The translations under genes were made by a program, and so were the position numbers. A stretch of 63,260 nt of DNA, filler included, from Nematocida ausubeli (Eukaryota), in assembly GCF_000738915.1 (NCBI RefSeq). It is 6 parts of 5 records of this genome, joined end to end, with 100 filler letters (N's around TTAATTAATTAA, not from the genome) between each part and the next. Parts side by side here need not be neighbours in the genome. Positions count along the whole stretch, not along the records: positions 7,708 to 31,456 come from NW_026515636.1; positions 31,557 to 51,287 come from NW_026515638.1; 4 more parts are not named here. One strand, written 5' to 3'. Under the pieces are notes generated by a model. That model made no database searches, was not told the DNA's origin, and worked only from the letters and a program-made list of their open reading frames with translations. This document shows, in pieces, positions 23,629 through 35,064 of the stretch; the stretch's first letter is position 1, and every line of letters begins with the position of its first letter.

Positions 23629-26600
23629 ATGGCGAAGTCTAGTCTTTCGAAGAGAAAGAGCCAGCTATTAGAGACTAAAGAAGTAGCAATAGAGGACCTA
23701 AGAGTACATAGAATAAAACATGAGAAAAAAAGAAAAGCTATTTGGAGAGCAAAGTTATACATGCTCATTGGACTGGCTATACTGTGCCATGTGTGGGATA
23801 GAGTGCTAACAGTGGACAAGCTAATAAATGTCCAAGTGAAGGCAGATACTATTACTGAAGAAGGCAGCATAGATAGTGAAATAAAGCCAGTGCTAAAGGA
23901 AGAAGCCAGCGATATTGGGTTTATACACAACAAGAGATTTTTTTCGCCTGAAATAAAAATAGAGCACTCTATAGTAGTTGCTAAGGGTGTTCCAAAAGAT
24001 CCGACCTACACCTACACAAGAGACCACAGGCAGGACAGAGTGCATCCCACTCTTCCGTATGAAGGCGACTTGCTCAGGTATAAGAAAGAGTATTTTACCA
24101 CGCTTCTTGAGCTGTTCCCCTCTATATATGGGTATGTGTCCATATGGTCGGACAGAGAGGATTCTTTTTTTTCTTTTATTAACAGGGTAGATGTAAAAGA
24201 GTACAAGTATAAAATACTTGCCTCGTTGCTGCTGCTGCTTGTAGAGGGAGTAGATTTGCCACTAGAAATTGATGAAATTGAAAGTGAAACATATCTAGTT
24301 TTGAAGAAGGCAGATGGAATAAAAGAGCACTTCAGACTCAATATGAATACATCGGTTAAAATCGGCAAAGATGCAGATTCTTTATATGTGTTTAAAAAGG
24401 TGCTTCAGAAAAGGGCAGTTGATGTGATAAGCTTCTTTATACAGAATAGAGAAAATAAAGTTTTTACAGAAGACAAAGGCAGTTCAGAGCCATCTGACTG
24501 TGATATGCATGAGAAAGTACAGTTTATAGACAGCCCCGCCTTCCTTATACAGACATATATACGCCACTGCCTAGAGAGTACCAAGGAGGTAATTTTGTTC
24601 AGGAAGATAGTGCGTGATCTGCTAAATGAGTGTATAAAGAAGGGAAAAGCCAATCCTGAAAAGAATCAGAGAGAACAAACACTGCCTGCGCAAGAAAAGG
24701 ACTTGTTTCGCAGATACTTTATATCGGGTGGGCAAAGATCAAATAGTCCACAACACATAGCTGCAAATCGTCAGATAAAAGAAATGCTGTTCAAGAATCC
24801 TATAGAAATCTCAATAAACTCACTATATCTTGAGCCAGTTGCAGATGTGGTTCCTGTCCAAAGGAATATAGAAAATTTGAGCTCTTCTTCATCTGCACAT
24901 ATAATAAATCTCCTAGATGATGAGCATATCCAAAAGAATGCTATACCAATTCCTTCGCCAGGATTTACTGATTATGGCGAGACAGTGCTGCTGGGCCTGT
25001 TCTTTACTATTGCGTATAACCCAAAGGAGAATATATTCACAGTTGACCACATAAAGTCTGCCTCTGAGGAGCTGAAAAGCTTTTTCCGAAAACACAAATA
25101 CATGTATGGAGCAGTATCAAAGGAAATGCACGATGACTGGAACCAAGTGGTAGGGGGCCTATCCAATCAGGACATACAATATATGCGGCCCGACAGAAAC
25201 CAGCTTGTGCCAGGAATAATAAACATGCTGCATGTCATTAAAGAGATAGCAGGAGTGGGTGATACAAAGAAGATAAATGATTTTAGGTTAAGACTGTATA
25301 TGATAGAGGAGGAACAGAGGATTCTGGAAGTTCGTATGCTTTATCAGAAGCTTACACAAGATGAAGAAGCTACTAAAGAAGAGAAAAATGAAATGAAATT
25401 ACAAATATTACGCGTGATTAATTCGGAAAGACTGAAGACCATAAGAATCCTTGAAGATAGAATTAAAGAAAAAGAATACAGAGAAAAAGCAGATGAAATC
25501 AAGCTAACGATACAGGAACTAATGGATATTGATGCATTATATAAAAAGTATATTGAGAAAGAGGAGGCACTGAAAACCGAACTAGGAAATGATATAAAAG
25601 AATATCTGACAGAGATAATTAAGAAAGGTCCCGAATTTTCAGGGATATTTAAGCAGACTTTCGAAGAAAGCTACAGTGATTTATTCGGGGTGTTACATAT
25701 AGATTGTGATACGGAATTAGCCTATTACTATCGGTTTGTGGCTTCTTTTAGGTATAATCCAAACATGATAGAACTGGACTGTAAAGCTACTTTTGCTATA
25801 GAACAGGCGTCATACCCATTACATAACAAACAATTCGGAGTGTTTGAGAGAAATGCACTTGTTTGGGCTATATATGAATTCAAGGAAAAAAATCGTTCTA
25901 GGCTAAATGAGATGCTCCAGCCCACACTCTTCTATGATAATGAGTGCAGGAATGTAGATGTACATCTGCTTGATCCTTTAATGCGTATCCAAAAATACAA
26001 AATATATGTTGTATGGGCTCTACTATTACATGCAATAGACAGAAATCTTGACAGCGACCACTCTTTTGTGCGCCTGGCAGATAACCTCCTGGAAAGTGCT
26101 CGCTGCATGGATAGCGACGAAAGGAATGAAATGTTTATGCTGCTTAGCTTCATCTCAGTAGACAAGTACTATCCGCACATAACCATAGACAAGCATGCGT
26201 ATGAAAAGGAAGAATATTTTGCAAAAGCAATAAACAATCTATTGGAGTTGGCAAACAGTGCAACACTTGTGTCCAACAAAACATATGCTAATATAATCAC
26301 CGATATATTGATTAGATTGATTTATCTGAAAGGCAATGGGTGTCGGGAATTTAAGACTTTTGCTGGAGAGCTTAGTAGGATACCCGAAGCAGGAGATTTA
26401 TTTGTCAAGATTTTAACACTGGATGGAACCACCATGGAGTATATTACTAGAGTTGCTCAATTTACGCAGGGAATGGGAAATGAAGATCGGGCTGATTGTA
26501 AGGGATACCTTAATATGTTTTTGATGTGGATTATTCAGAATAAAAGCGAGTCTAAATGTAGTTACTGGAAGGATATAGTAAAAAGATGCTGTGACTTAAT

Positions 26601-26775
26601 TGAGGTAACAGAACTCGAAAAGAGTGATTTTTCTTTTTTATGGAGGAGTCTTGCTAAAAGTTCATCATCACTGCTTGAATCCATACAACCTACTGTGTGT
26701 GATAAAGATGATGCAGAGAGTATGAAAAGGTTTAGATCAATTAAAAAAGTATTGAATACGTCTAGGCGTCAGTAA
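23629..26775 (+). CDS. NemLGF1-like protein (long form) with coiled-coil insertion
   Basis: HNKRFFSPEI, LELFPS, ILASLLLLLVEGV, SPAFLIQTYI, ETVLLGLFFTIAYNP. Start set at MAKSS by homology with other promoters. Confidence 0.9.
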   Translation: MAKSSLSKRKSQLLETKEVAIEDLRVHRIKHEKKRKAIWRAKLYMLIGLAILCHVWDRVLTVDKLINVQVKADTITEEGSIDSEIKPVLKEEASDIGFIHNKRFFSPEIKIEHSIVVAKGVPKDPTYTYTRDHRQDRVHPTLPYEGDLLRYKKEYFTTLLELFPSIYGYVSIWSDREDSFFSFINRVDVKEYKYKILASLLLLLVEGVDLPLEIDEIESETYLVLKKADGIKEHFRLNMNTSVKIGKDADSLYVFKKVLQKRAVDVISFFIQNRENKVFTEDKGSSEPSDCDMHEKVQFIDSPAFLIQTYIRHCLESTKEVILFRKIVRDLLNECIKKGKANPEKNQREQTLPAQEKDLFRRYFISGGQRSNSPQHIAANRQIKEMLFKNPIEISINSLYLEPVADVVPVQRNIENLSSSSSAHIINLLDDEHIQKNAIPIPSPGFTDYGETVLLGLFFTIAYNPKENIFTVDHIKSASEELKSFFRKHKYMYGAVSKEMHDDWNQVVGGLSNQDIQYMRPDRNQLVPGIINMLHVIKEIAGVGDTKKINDFRLRLYMIEEEQRILEVRMLYQKLTQDEEATKEEKNEMKLQILRVINSERLKTIRILEDRIKEKEYREKADEIKLTIQELMDIDALYKKYIEKEEALKTELGNDIKEYLTEIIKKGPEFSGIFKQTFEESYSDLFGVLHIDCDTELAYYYRFVASFRYNPNMIELDCKATFAIEQASYPLHNKQFGVFERNALVWAIYEFKEKNRSRLNEMLQPTLFYDNECRNVDVHLLDPLMRIQKYKIYVVWALLLHAIDRNLDSDHSFVRLADNLLESARCMDSDERNEMFMLLSFISVDKYYPHITIDKHAYEKEEYFAKAINNLLELANSATLVSNKTYANIITDILIRLIYLKGNGCREFKTFAGELSRIPEAGDLFVKILTLDGTTMEYITRVAQFTQGMGNEDRADCKGYLNMFLMWIIQNKSESKCSYWKDIVKRCCDLIEVTELEKSDFSFLWRSLAKSSSSLLESIQPTVCDKDDAESMKRFRSIKKVLNTSRRQ

Positions 26776-27437
26776 GCAAGCTTTAATAAAGTGATTTAAA
26801 ACTTATGTTCTAATACTTTTTTGCGTACATGCTAGTAGAAATAGACTTTTTTAATATAACCCCTAAGAGGATAATAAAAAGCAGTAACTAAGACTTTGGT
26901 ACAGCTAGTTCAATTGTATACTGCTATATTGCCAATTCTTCACTAGACTATATTCATAGCAGGAGTATTAAAACAAAAATACAAGTATTTTCAATTATAT
27001 CGTATTAGAGCGCACTAAAGAGGGTAGAACAGGCTTTGCATTGGATACTGTGCGAGAGGATAAAAAAGGCTATGCTGCATTGGTATAGGCCACACAAAGA
27101 ATTAGGGTGTAAACCCAGAAAATACTTGCATGCTGAAAGACTGCCTGCCAGAAAGAACTTGGAAAAAGAAGAAAAAGCCAACTCTGTAATAGACTCAAAT
27201 AAAAAGAAAAAGAGACAGTGTAAGCGAAAGAGCTGCCAGTCTGCAGGAGGATAGAATATATACAAGAAAGTGCAATAAAATGCAGTGCGCACTGCACAAG
27301 GAAGGCTTACACCAACTGAGGGATAAACTTGCATGTATCTTCTAAGTTCACTTTGTCTCCTAAGTAGAGCGCTTTAACAGCAGATCCTAATTTAGAGATT
27401 AAATGTGCAATATCAGGTGTGTGATCAAAGTGATCGT

Positions 27438-28710
27438 ATGGGTATATTAGAAAAGAATAAAAAAAGGGACATGAGTTGTGCACAGGTGTGGGACAGAAAG
27501 AGTATGATACGAAAGGCGATTTGGACTGTGCTCCTAGTAGTAGCAGCATCCTTTGGAATATATGTTCTAATATACCTGTTGGTTATATGGCGTGAATCGC
27601 AAAAAGACGCATTGAAGAGCACCCAGCTAACTCTGCGCGGAGACAGAGAAGAGCGCATTTGGGGACATGAGAATGCGAATAACTATTTAGATGCAGACAG
27701 AACTAGTGATAATAAAGAGAGTGCAGAAACAGAGGAGAGCAGCACTTCTTCGCTAGATGTGTCAGAAGAGAAAGAAAAAGGCTGTACATGTGGAAGGGCA
27801 GCAGATGCAGGCGCACAAGGTGTGCTAGAAGGTAGGCACTTAGGGCGTAGTAATAGCACAGGCAAACTGGCTGAGTATGCAATGGATAAAAAAAACAGCT
27901 CTAATCTAATAGTTGAAAAGAAGGAGGAAGGTATGGCTAAAGAGGATGTAGAGGCAGCCATTGAAAAGTACACAGTGGAGATGGAAAGGCTGCCAGAGAT
28001 GAAAAATGCTGCAAATCTGGCAAAAGATGCCTTTGAAGAAAAAAGTAGGGAAGCTGAGGATGTCAATAGCCTGAAGAACAAGGAAATATCTGATATAATC
28101 CAGGAAATTAATAATCGATATGGTGACCCTTTCAATATAAAACCAGCAGATAACACAGGCTTTGATCCTGAAATTTCAAAGAAGATTCATAAACACACTG
28201 CTGAAATAGACGCAATAGACTAAGAGGAGAAAGAAATCAGTGCTTCCTACCAAAAAATCATTATGCTCATGGAAGAAATGGAAAAGAGCACACACCTCAA
28301 GGAAAATCAGCATGGAATACCAGTCACTAGCAGTAAAAGCAGGGAAAAAATTGCATTCTCTAATAAAATACATTTCAGACAAATTTTAAAAAAACACATG
28401 ACAGAGATGGTTTATTGCATGTGAAGATAGAAAATAAGAAAGACTTTTGGAAAATTGTCGCTAACAACATAAAATATTTAAGAGCCAGGGGTTATATCAA
28501 AATCAGATGAAACTAATAACAGAGGCTATTGATATTATGGCTAGTATGATTGACATGCAGAAGAAAGCTATATCCAAGGAAGAAGAAACAGAACAGGCAT
28601 ATATATCATATGATGCAGCTGAAAATGCGTGTGAAAAGCAGCGGCATGTGGTAGACATAGCAAAGAAGGTAATGCATGCTGCAGAAGAAGGTTATAAAGG
28701 TACAATTTGA
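27438..28710 (+). pseudogene. Family-3 TM plus coiled-coil gene with in-frame stop at 28221-28223 and further disruption
   Basis: Read-through gives SREKIAFS (compare SREEKIKYFS in 58320). Fragment 28507-28710 YDAAENACEKQ...AEE matches the C-termini of 58320 and 60543. Confidence 0.7.
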
Positions 28711-28967
28711 ACCATGGCGCATACTGATAAGTAAGTGGGTTTCTAGAGAAGAGACGTGCACGGGTAAGAGAGACGTATAGTGAACGGGTCTCAGTATAAC
28801 ACGCACTGCAACTGGCTGTCTATCTCGGGTTATACCGGGCAGTTGACTAGATGCCCAGCCAGTAGACTACTATATAAGTATGTATATGAGAAGAAAAGAG
28901 TATTAATATAAAAATAAAAATGATCTTCAAGTAAGTATGTATTAGAGCCAAAAATAAAATAAAGAGA

Positions 28968-29600
28968 ATGACAGAAAAGTTTGCAGAAGGCATAGTAGAG
29001 CAGTATTCAATCAACATAGTGCTGCTGTCTATTCTCTGTGCAGGCATATTGTATCTGTATGTAGAGTCTATGCTGGCAAGGAAGGGTCGGGCATGCTCTG
29101 ACATACCCACTTCTATAAAGGCAGGCGCCATGAATAGCATGCATAGCCCCGAATCTGCAGGCACAGACGGCAAACAGTAAGAGCAAGAGAGAATATATAA
29201 GATGCCACGCCAAAGTGGTATAACACACTGTGTTAAAGAAGCGCGTATTACATTGAATAAAGAAGCAGTGCCTACAGCGTGAATAAGAACAGCTATATTC
29301 TCAAAAGTGCTTTAAACTACAAAGAATTATCTGTGCTATTGAAATGCATGCTTTCTATCCGGATTGCAAAACAGAAATGACAATTTGGCTAGCATCAGAC
29401 GCAAGTCTCGGAAATAATAGCAAATTAAAGGAGGCTGTGGTAGACTTCCCACTTCTCAGCCACAAGGCAACAACATTGTTGATATAAAAGGGAATAATTT
29501 CGAAAAATCTACGAATTGAGAAAACACTATAAAAATGTGTGGGAATATAAAAGGAAGGCGCATGTCAGAAATGAAGAACACGCGAGTACAATGATATATG
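28968..29600 (+). pseudogene. Family-2 gene truncated after 70 codons; downstream degraded
   Basis: INIVLLSILCAGILYLY...IPTSIKAG with cassette-C upstream sequence; stop at 29178-29180. The 3' limit is approximate. Confidence 0.65.
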
Positions 29601-29849
29601 AATAATAACACTTCCTTGACAAGTGCGCTCTCTATTTAGACTGCTATCTCCCCACTGGTGTATTGCTCCTTTGGGCACAATTTCATGTATTAGAGATGGA
29701 AGACAAATAGAAACGCCATCCCATTCTTACTACCGTGTGTGCTTATACAACACTGCATAGTTATTTAATGCATGCTAGAAAAATGTCATAAAATAGTTTG
29801 CTGACTAAGTTATTCTAAATACATCTTCATATTCTATTTCTGTTATATT

Positions 29850-30160
29850 CTGGCTATATTCAAATATAAATCTTAAGACTAAAAAGCTGCTTTAAAGTAC
29901 AGATAATTCTCTTTTTATGAATCGCTACACTTAATCATACAAAAATATAGAATAAATTTATTTTTTGTCCTCTATCCATGCCCGCACAGAATGGAGTTTT
30001 CTAGACAAAAAAATCAAAGTTTCTGAATGTTTCTAGAAGGTGTCTTTTGTCATACTATCAGGAGATAGTTAATTGTTTGCTGAAGGGCAAATAAAGGCCA
30101 AGAGTCTAATCCAGTTAAAATGAATTATATGTAAACAAGTATATCCCCTTTTAGCGTGAT
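29850..30160. repeat. ~310-bp non-coding repeat, inverted copy at ~57725-58035 (relic LGF-type promoter with 7-codon mini-ORF)
   Basis: TTTTGTCATACTATCAGGAGATAGTTAATTGTTTGCTGAAGGGCAAATAAAGGC matches the reverse complement of ~57787-57840. Confidence 0.88.
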
Positions 30161-30239
30161 TTTCTGCAGGATAATCTCCGGAAGTCAATGTCTAAAATCA
30201 ACTTATAGTGCTGGCTGAGAATTTAGGTTCCTCGATCTG

Positions 30240-31456
30240 CTAACAGGTTTGCAAGAAGTATTCTAACACAGCATCGTACTTTTCCATACTTTTTCTGTCA
30301 TCCTCCGAGCAGAAAAGTGTTTTATTTTCTTTTAAAGTACTTAGAGATTTTTCAAAGTATTTTTTGCTTGCTTTCATTTTTTCCTTAAACTCAAATGGGT
30401 TTGGATAACCATCAAAGACTATAAAGTCATAAACTGTCTTAGCAGATTCTAATGAGAATTTATAATCATCTGAGCATACGCACATAAACCAGATAATATA
30501 CACATAGTTTAAATTATAGTCTTTCATATAGTCTTTGATATTGGATTGAATTTCCACCAAGTCTTTTATCATCACACTAGACATGATACGATCAATTAGA
30601 ACCGGTCGGGTTATAAATTCTACGCTTAAATCGATCATCCTTGGGTTATTCACAGTTGCTCTAAAATAGTTGCATATGGCTTTTGATGTTTCAGGCGCTG
30701 AAAGAGACTTTAGAGTATAGCAGAAAGATTCTTTTTGTCCTGATAGATAAATCCAAATAGCATCTTCTTTGGGGATAGGCTCCAATGGCTTAAATCCAAG
30801 CCTTGGATAGAGTTTCTGCCAGCTTGCGTGAAATGGGAAGATCCTCATCATTGAACGTCTTGATGCATAATCATTGAGCGGAACACTTCCTAAAAGGTTT
30901 GCAGTAAACCGTGTTAGAGGGTTTTTTGGGCCCACTTCCTTATCTATGGTACAAAATATAAATCTCCTTATAATACCGCCTTTAACCTTTTTGCAAGCAA
31001 GCTTTCCTAATACAAGTATTTTAGATATGTCTTCTGATCCTTCCTCTATAACCTGTAATACTTTTTTCCCAAGTTTTATACTGCGACCATAAGCAGTATA
31101 ACTTAAAGCATCTAACTCTGCACTAATGTACTGATCCGCAATGTATCCTATATAGCAGTTTATACCGCTGTAAATATTTTTTACTTCTTCATACTTTTGG
31201 TAAAGCATGTAATTTAATTTCTTTGAAAATCCAAGAAGAACAAGATTTGCATGTCCTTTTTTTATAGTCAAAGAAATTCCATTAGATGCTTTATCGAAAG
31301 TATAAATAATGTTAATCTCAGCTAAAATATCTGCCTTTCCATTTGACCTCTTTCCAAGTGCCATGTCATTGCACTCTACGCTCACATTCTTATCCATTGA
31401 CAAATCCTTAATAATCGATTCGATCTTATTTGACGTGTATTCCTTTTGCTTATCAT
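30240..31456 (-). CDS. NemLGF1-like protein, 3' part (5' end in gap)
   Basis: Frame is open to the gap; NPLTRFTANLLGSVPL, LNYVYIIWF and KYDAVL match the C-terminus of 44856-47900. Confidence 0.88.
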
Positions 31457-31556
31457 NNNNNNNNNNNNNNNNNNNNNNNNNNNNNNNNNNNNNNNNNNNN
31501 TTAATTAATTAANNNNNNNNNNNNNNNNNNNNNNNNNNNNNNNNNNNNNNNNNNNN

Positions 31557-31760
31557 TTGTTGTATTTAGTCATATCCCTGTTATACTTAGTATACTCCCA
31601 CTGTATTTAGTCATATATTGTTGTAGTTAGTCATATCTCTGTTATAATTAGTCTATCTGCCCTTGTATGAAACGGGTTGAAACGGGTTATATCGGGCTGA
31701 AACAGGGTTATATCGGGTTATAAAGGGTTATGTTGGGCTATATCAGGTTATGAATCAGTC
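31557..31760 (+). repeat. Degenerate 20-bp (TGTATTTAGTCATATCYCTG) then 10-bp (xxCGGGTTAT) tandem repeats
   Basis: Visible periodicity, about 5 and about 8 units respectively. Confidence 0.7.
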
Positions 31761-32014
31761 TGCACGGGATTTGAATATTTTCAGTTTGATCTTAGGATAT
31801 ATACGGGTTACAATTGGGCTATTATATTATAAATATTCTGTTGAAATAGGGATATCTGTGCTTGACGGTTGGGAATCTTGCATTGTTAATTCTGTTTTTT
31901 TGTTGTTAGTTGTTAGTTTAATTAAGCAATTAATAAGATTAATAGTTTTGATAAAAAAAAGTTTATATAATTAAATTTAGTATTGTTAATTAAGGATAAT
32001 TTTGATATTAATTA

Positions 32015-32285
32015 AATGTGCCATAAGTCTTGGTATTTTTCGGGTGATGTGGCATAAGTTCTGTGCATTGTGGCATAAGTTTTGGCTATTTTGACAGAAT
32101 ATATTACACATAGTGGATTAAGTCTTGTCCAATTTATAATAAGGTGGATTAAGTCTTGTTCATTTCATAATAAAGTGGAATAAGTTTTGTCATTTTATAT
32201 TTAAAAATAATAAGTCTTGTTCACTCTCTAGCAAGGTGGATTAATTTCTGTCATATTTTATAAAAGTGGATTAAGTCTTGTCAGT
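32015..32285 (+). repeat. Phased array of GTGGATTAAGTCTTGTC-like motifs (9 units)
   Basis: Core TAAG/TAAT at 32024, 32055, 32076, 32119, 32150, 32181, 32211, 32242, 32272. Confidence 0.88.
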
Positions 32286-32333
32286 AATTTCTTCAAAATT
32301 TATTCCGCATAATTTTATTTTGCAAATTTTTCC

Positions 32334-32837
32334 ATGCGGACCCCCAGGCAGAAACAGATTAAACGGTTAATTAAATCCCTGCAACTAACGGGTTTTCGTA
32401 CGCCTTTTAATATTCTGGCAGACCATGAATTCTTATTGTCATATAATAAGGCGCAATTGTCTCTCTCATACTTAGAAAAGATTCTTAATGGAACTATTCG
32501 CTTGTTCATTACGCAATGCGAATATAATAGATTTAAGCTAAAATGTAACGAAAAGAAATTAATTGGTCACGTAGCACTGAAGAAATGCAATCACATTGAT
32601 TTTAGGCAGCAAGAATGCTTAAATGAGGCAATTTTAGATAAAAACCCAGACCACTTTTTTCTTGCATCGAAGTGTAAAAGAATTTCTGAAGAAAAGAAGA
32701 TTCCACGGATTTACATGCGCGCAGGAGTTGTTTGTGTAGAGATGAATGCAGAAGAAGTGAAGAAAATCAAAAAGGCAGAGCCCCCTGGATTAACACAGCA
32801 AGAAAAAGAGAGACTCGATAAAATGTTTATGGAGTAA
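32334..32837 (+). CDS. UTP23: rRNA-processing PIN-domain protein Utp23 (Fcf1/Utp23 family)
   Basis: MRTPRQKQIKR...GFRTPFNILADHEF, ITQC, KCNH, ECL, NPDHFFLAS and KIPRIY match the Utp23 pattern. Confidence 0.8.
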   Translation: MRTPRQKQIKRLIKSLQLTGFRTPFNILADHEFLLSYNKAQLSLSYLEKILNGTIRLFITQCEYNRFKLKCNEKKLIGHVALKKCNHIDFRQQECLNEAILDKNPDHFFLASKCKRISEEKKIPRIYMRAGVVCVEMNAEEVKKIKKAEPPGLTQQEKERLDKMFME

Positions 32838-33388
32838 ATTGAATTTAAAGAGGTACTTTTTGATTTTTTGTGAAAATTTGATGAGATACAAGTTTTTAAT
32901 CGAGATACAATCTGGGAATATTCAGGAAAATCGGGATTCTTAAAGACCCCATGAATATTTGGTTATATAATGCATTATTCGGGTATAACGGCTTGATAGA
33001 GTGTAATAAAATGGAATAGATAGAAGTTTAGTGTGTTATTTATAGTTATATATGGGGTATATTTGTTTTATAGCATGTATTATTGTGTATTAGAATGGTT
33101 ATATTCGGTTAATAGCATGTTAAATTGTATTGTAGAAGGATATAGTATATTTTAGTGTATTCTAACAAGATATAACGTATTTTAACACACTTTAGTGTAT
33201 TACAACATATTACAACGTATTTTAATAGATTTTAACAGAATATAATGCACTTTAGACCATTTTAACAAAATACGACAGTATATACACTAATAACTGCCAC
33301 CTACCCCTTCTACAACAGACATACAATATATTCAGTCATACGTGCAGTAGTGCGCGTAATATTTAATTAAAAATATGGGATATTTTTT

Positions 33389-34168
33389 ATGAATATAAGG
33401 ACGAGTGACATATTTAGTGCTCTTCCTATACGCATTTCAGCAGATGGCTCTGATGAGCATGATATTCGCCTGAGTAAGTCACAACTAGCCTGGCTCTCTT
33501 TATCAAAGCAATTCCTGAATACAGTCTCATATTCTGAGCAGATTATCCAGACAGAGGCGCACTTAGAGGTAGCCAGAAAGGATTTGCAAGAAAAAGGCAT
33601 AATTATCCAAGAGAGAATAGAACCAAAGGCATATACGAATGAATACAGCATAAAGGGATCTGTCTTGCAAGATAGTTCTAATAGACTGTTATTTTTGTGT
33701 AAAAGATTGCAAGAATTGGAAGAAACAGAAAATACCAGAAAGTCCGTTATAAAATACTTCTGGAAGAAGGAATATATTACAAGAAAGGAGAATGACTTAT
33801 TAGTGCACATACATAATAAGGTGTTCATTTCTTGCAATATCTTGGAGAAGGGTCTTAGTGCGTCTTATATTGAAGGAATATTATATATTAATGGGGTAGA
33901 ACATAAAGGGTACTTGAAAGAGAAGAAAATTCATGAATTCAAGCAAGAAAGTTTTGAAGAATTAAAAGATGCCATACATGAGTACAGAGACAGATTGAAT
34001 AGTACGGAAATACTGCAGGAATATGTAACAGAGAATGAACGCTTTAAGGTTAGGCGAATTGATAAAATGCCTGACACGCAAAGTAAACTTGTAATATTCA
34101 TGCTATGCGCATTAAAGGAAGGAATATCCTTCAGTAAAGCAGTAAATATGGTTAAGAATAATAAATAG
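33389..34168 (+). CDS. Hypothetical protein, possibly a reduced Mediator subunit 17 (Srb4)
   Basis: 259-aa ORF; ISADGSDEHDIRLSKSQ resembles my recollection of the MED17 N-terminus (VGLDGTETYLPPLSMSQ). The ORF is secure; the identity is tentative. Confidence 0.6.
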   Translation: MNIRTSDIFSALPIRISADGSDEHDIRLSKSQLAWLSLSKQFLNTVSYSEQIIQTEAHLEVARKDLQEKGIIIQERIEPKAYTNEYSIKGSVLQDSSNRLLFLCKRLQELEETENTRKSVIKYFWKKEYITRKENDLLVHIHNKVFISCNILEKGLSASYIEGILYINGVEHKGYLKEKKIHEFKQESFEELKDAIHEYRDRLNSTEILQEYVTENERFKVRRIDKMPDTQSKLVIFMLCALKEGISFSKAVNMVKNNK

Positions 34169-35064
34169 GATATTTGGATTATTTAAGCTTAAGTCAATCC
34201 ACTTTCTGAAAAAATCTTCGTACACCAGAAGACTATTACTAAATTGTGGGCAAATATTAAAAGAAGCAGCAGATGTCAATAATAAGAAATATATCTGGCA
34301 AGAATACAAAAGAGATATAGGTGCCAAAGATATTCGGGTATGTGATAAAAATAAACCTCACTTGACAATTTGGGTTATATCGGGTTATACACAGTTATAT
34401 ACTACTACCTTCTGACTGAAATATTGCTCCCTTTTGGGCACGCTAATAATCTTATGAAAATATTGCAAAAAACTGCATATTTCAACAGAAAATACACACT
34501 AAGTGGAAATACTACAACTAATAGTGTTGTATGCTTAATTTACTACTGGGTCATAGAGATATTATTTTGGAATAAAAACAACAAATGATGGCGCTTGCTG
34601 AAATATAGAATACTTGGTCAATTACTGCATGGTTAACATGCTTATACAAATGCGCACATGCATGCAGATATTATTCGGGTTCGGGTTATATTAGTGCAGG
34701 TTGATGAAAAGGGATATATTTCCCCTGAAAATACAACAGATACGGCCAGTATACCAGAAATATTCTAGTTACTGCCTCATATTAAGACAGGATTTGCAGT
34801 ACTTCTTCGCTATATACGAATAACCCGAATTCTCTTATTTCTTGGAAAGAAATTTCGTGCAATTTTCAGAAGTTTAAATTTGGGTTATGGGAGTAGTGCT
34901 TAGAAGGGGCTAAAAAAGCTATAAATCAGAAAGATCCTAATATGTGAAGATTTTGTCAAATATTTTGTAAAATTAGAATAATAACATGTTGTGATCATTT
35001 TGATCATTGACTTCGGGATATATATCTATAGGTTTTATTTTTATCGGAACTTAAGATACTTTAA

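Noticed and set aside
31670..31760. Telomere at the contig start (GGGTTA units)
   Set aside because: The 10-bp degenerate period and G-rich strand on + are wrong for a left-end telomere.
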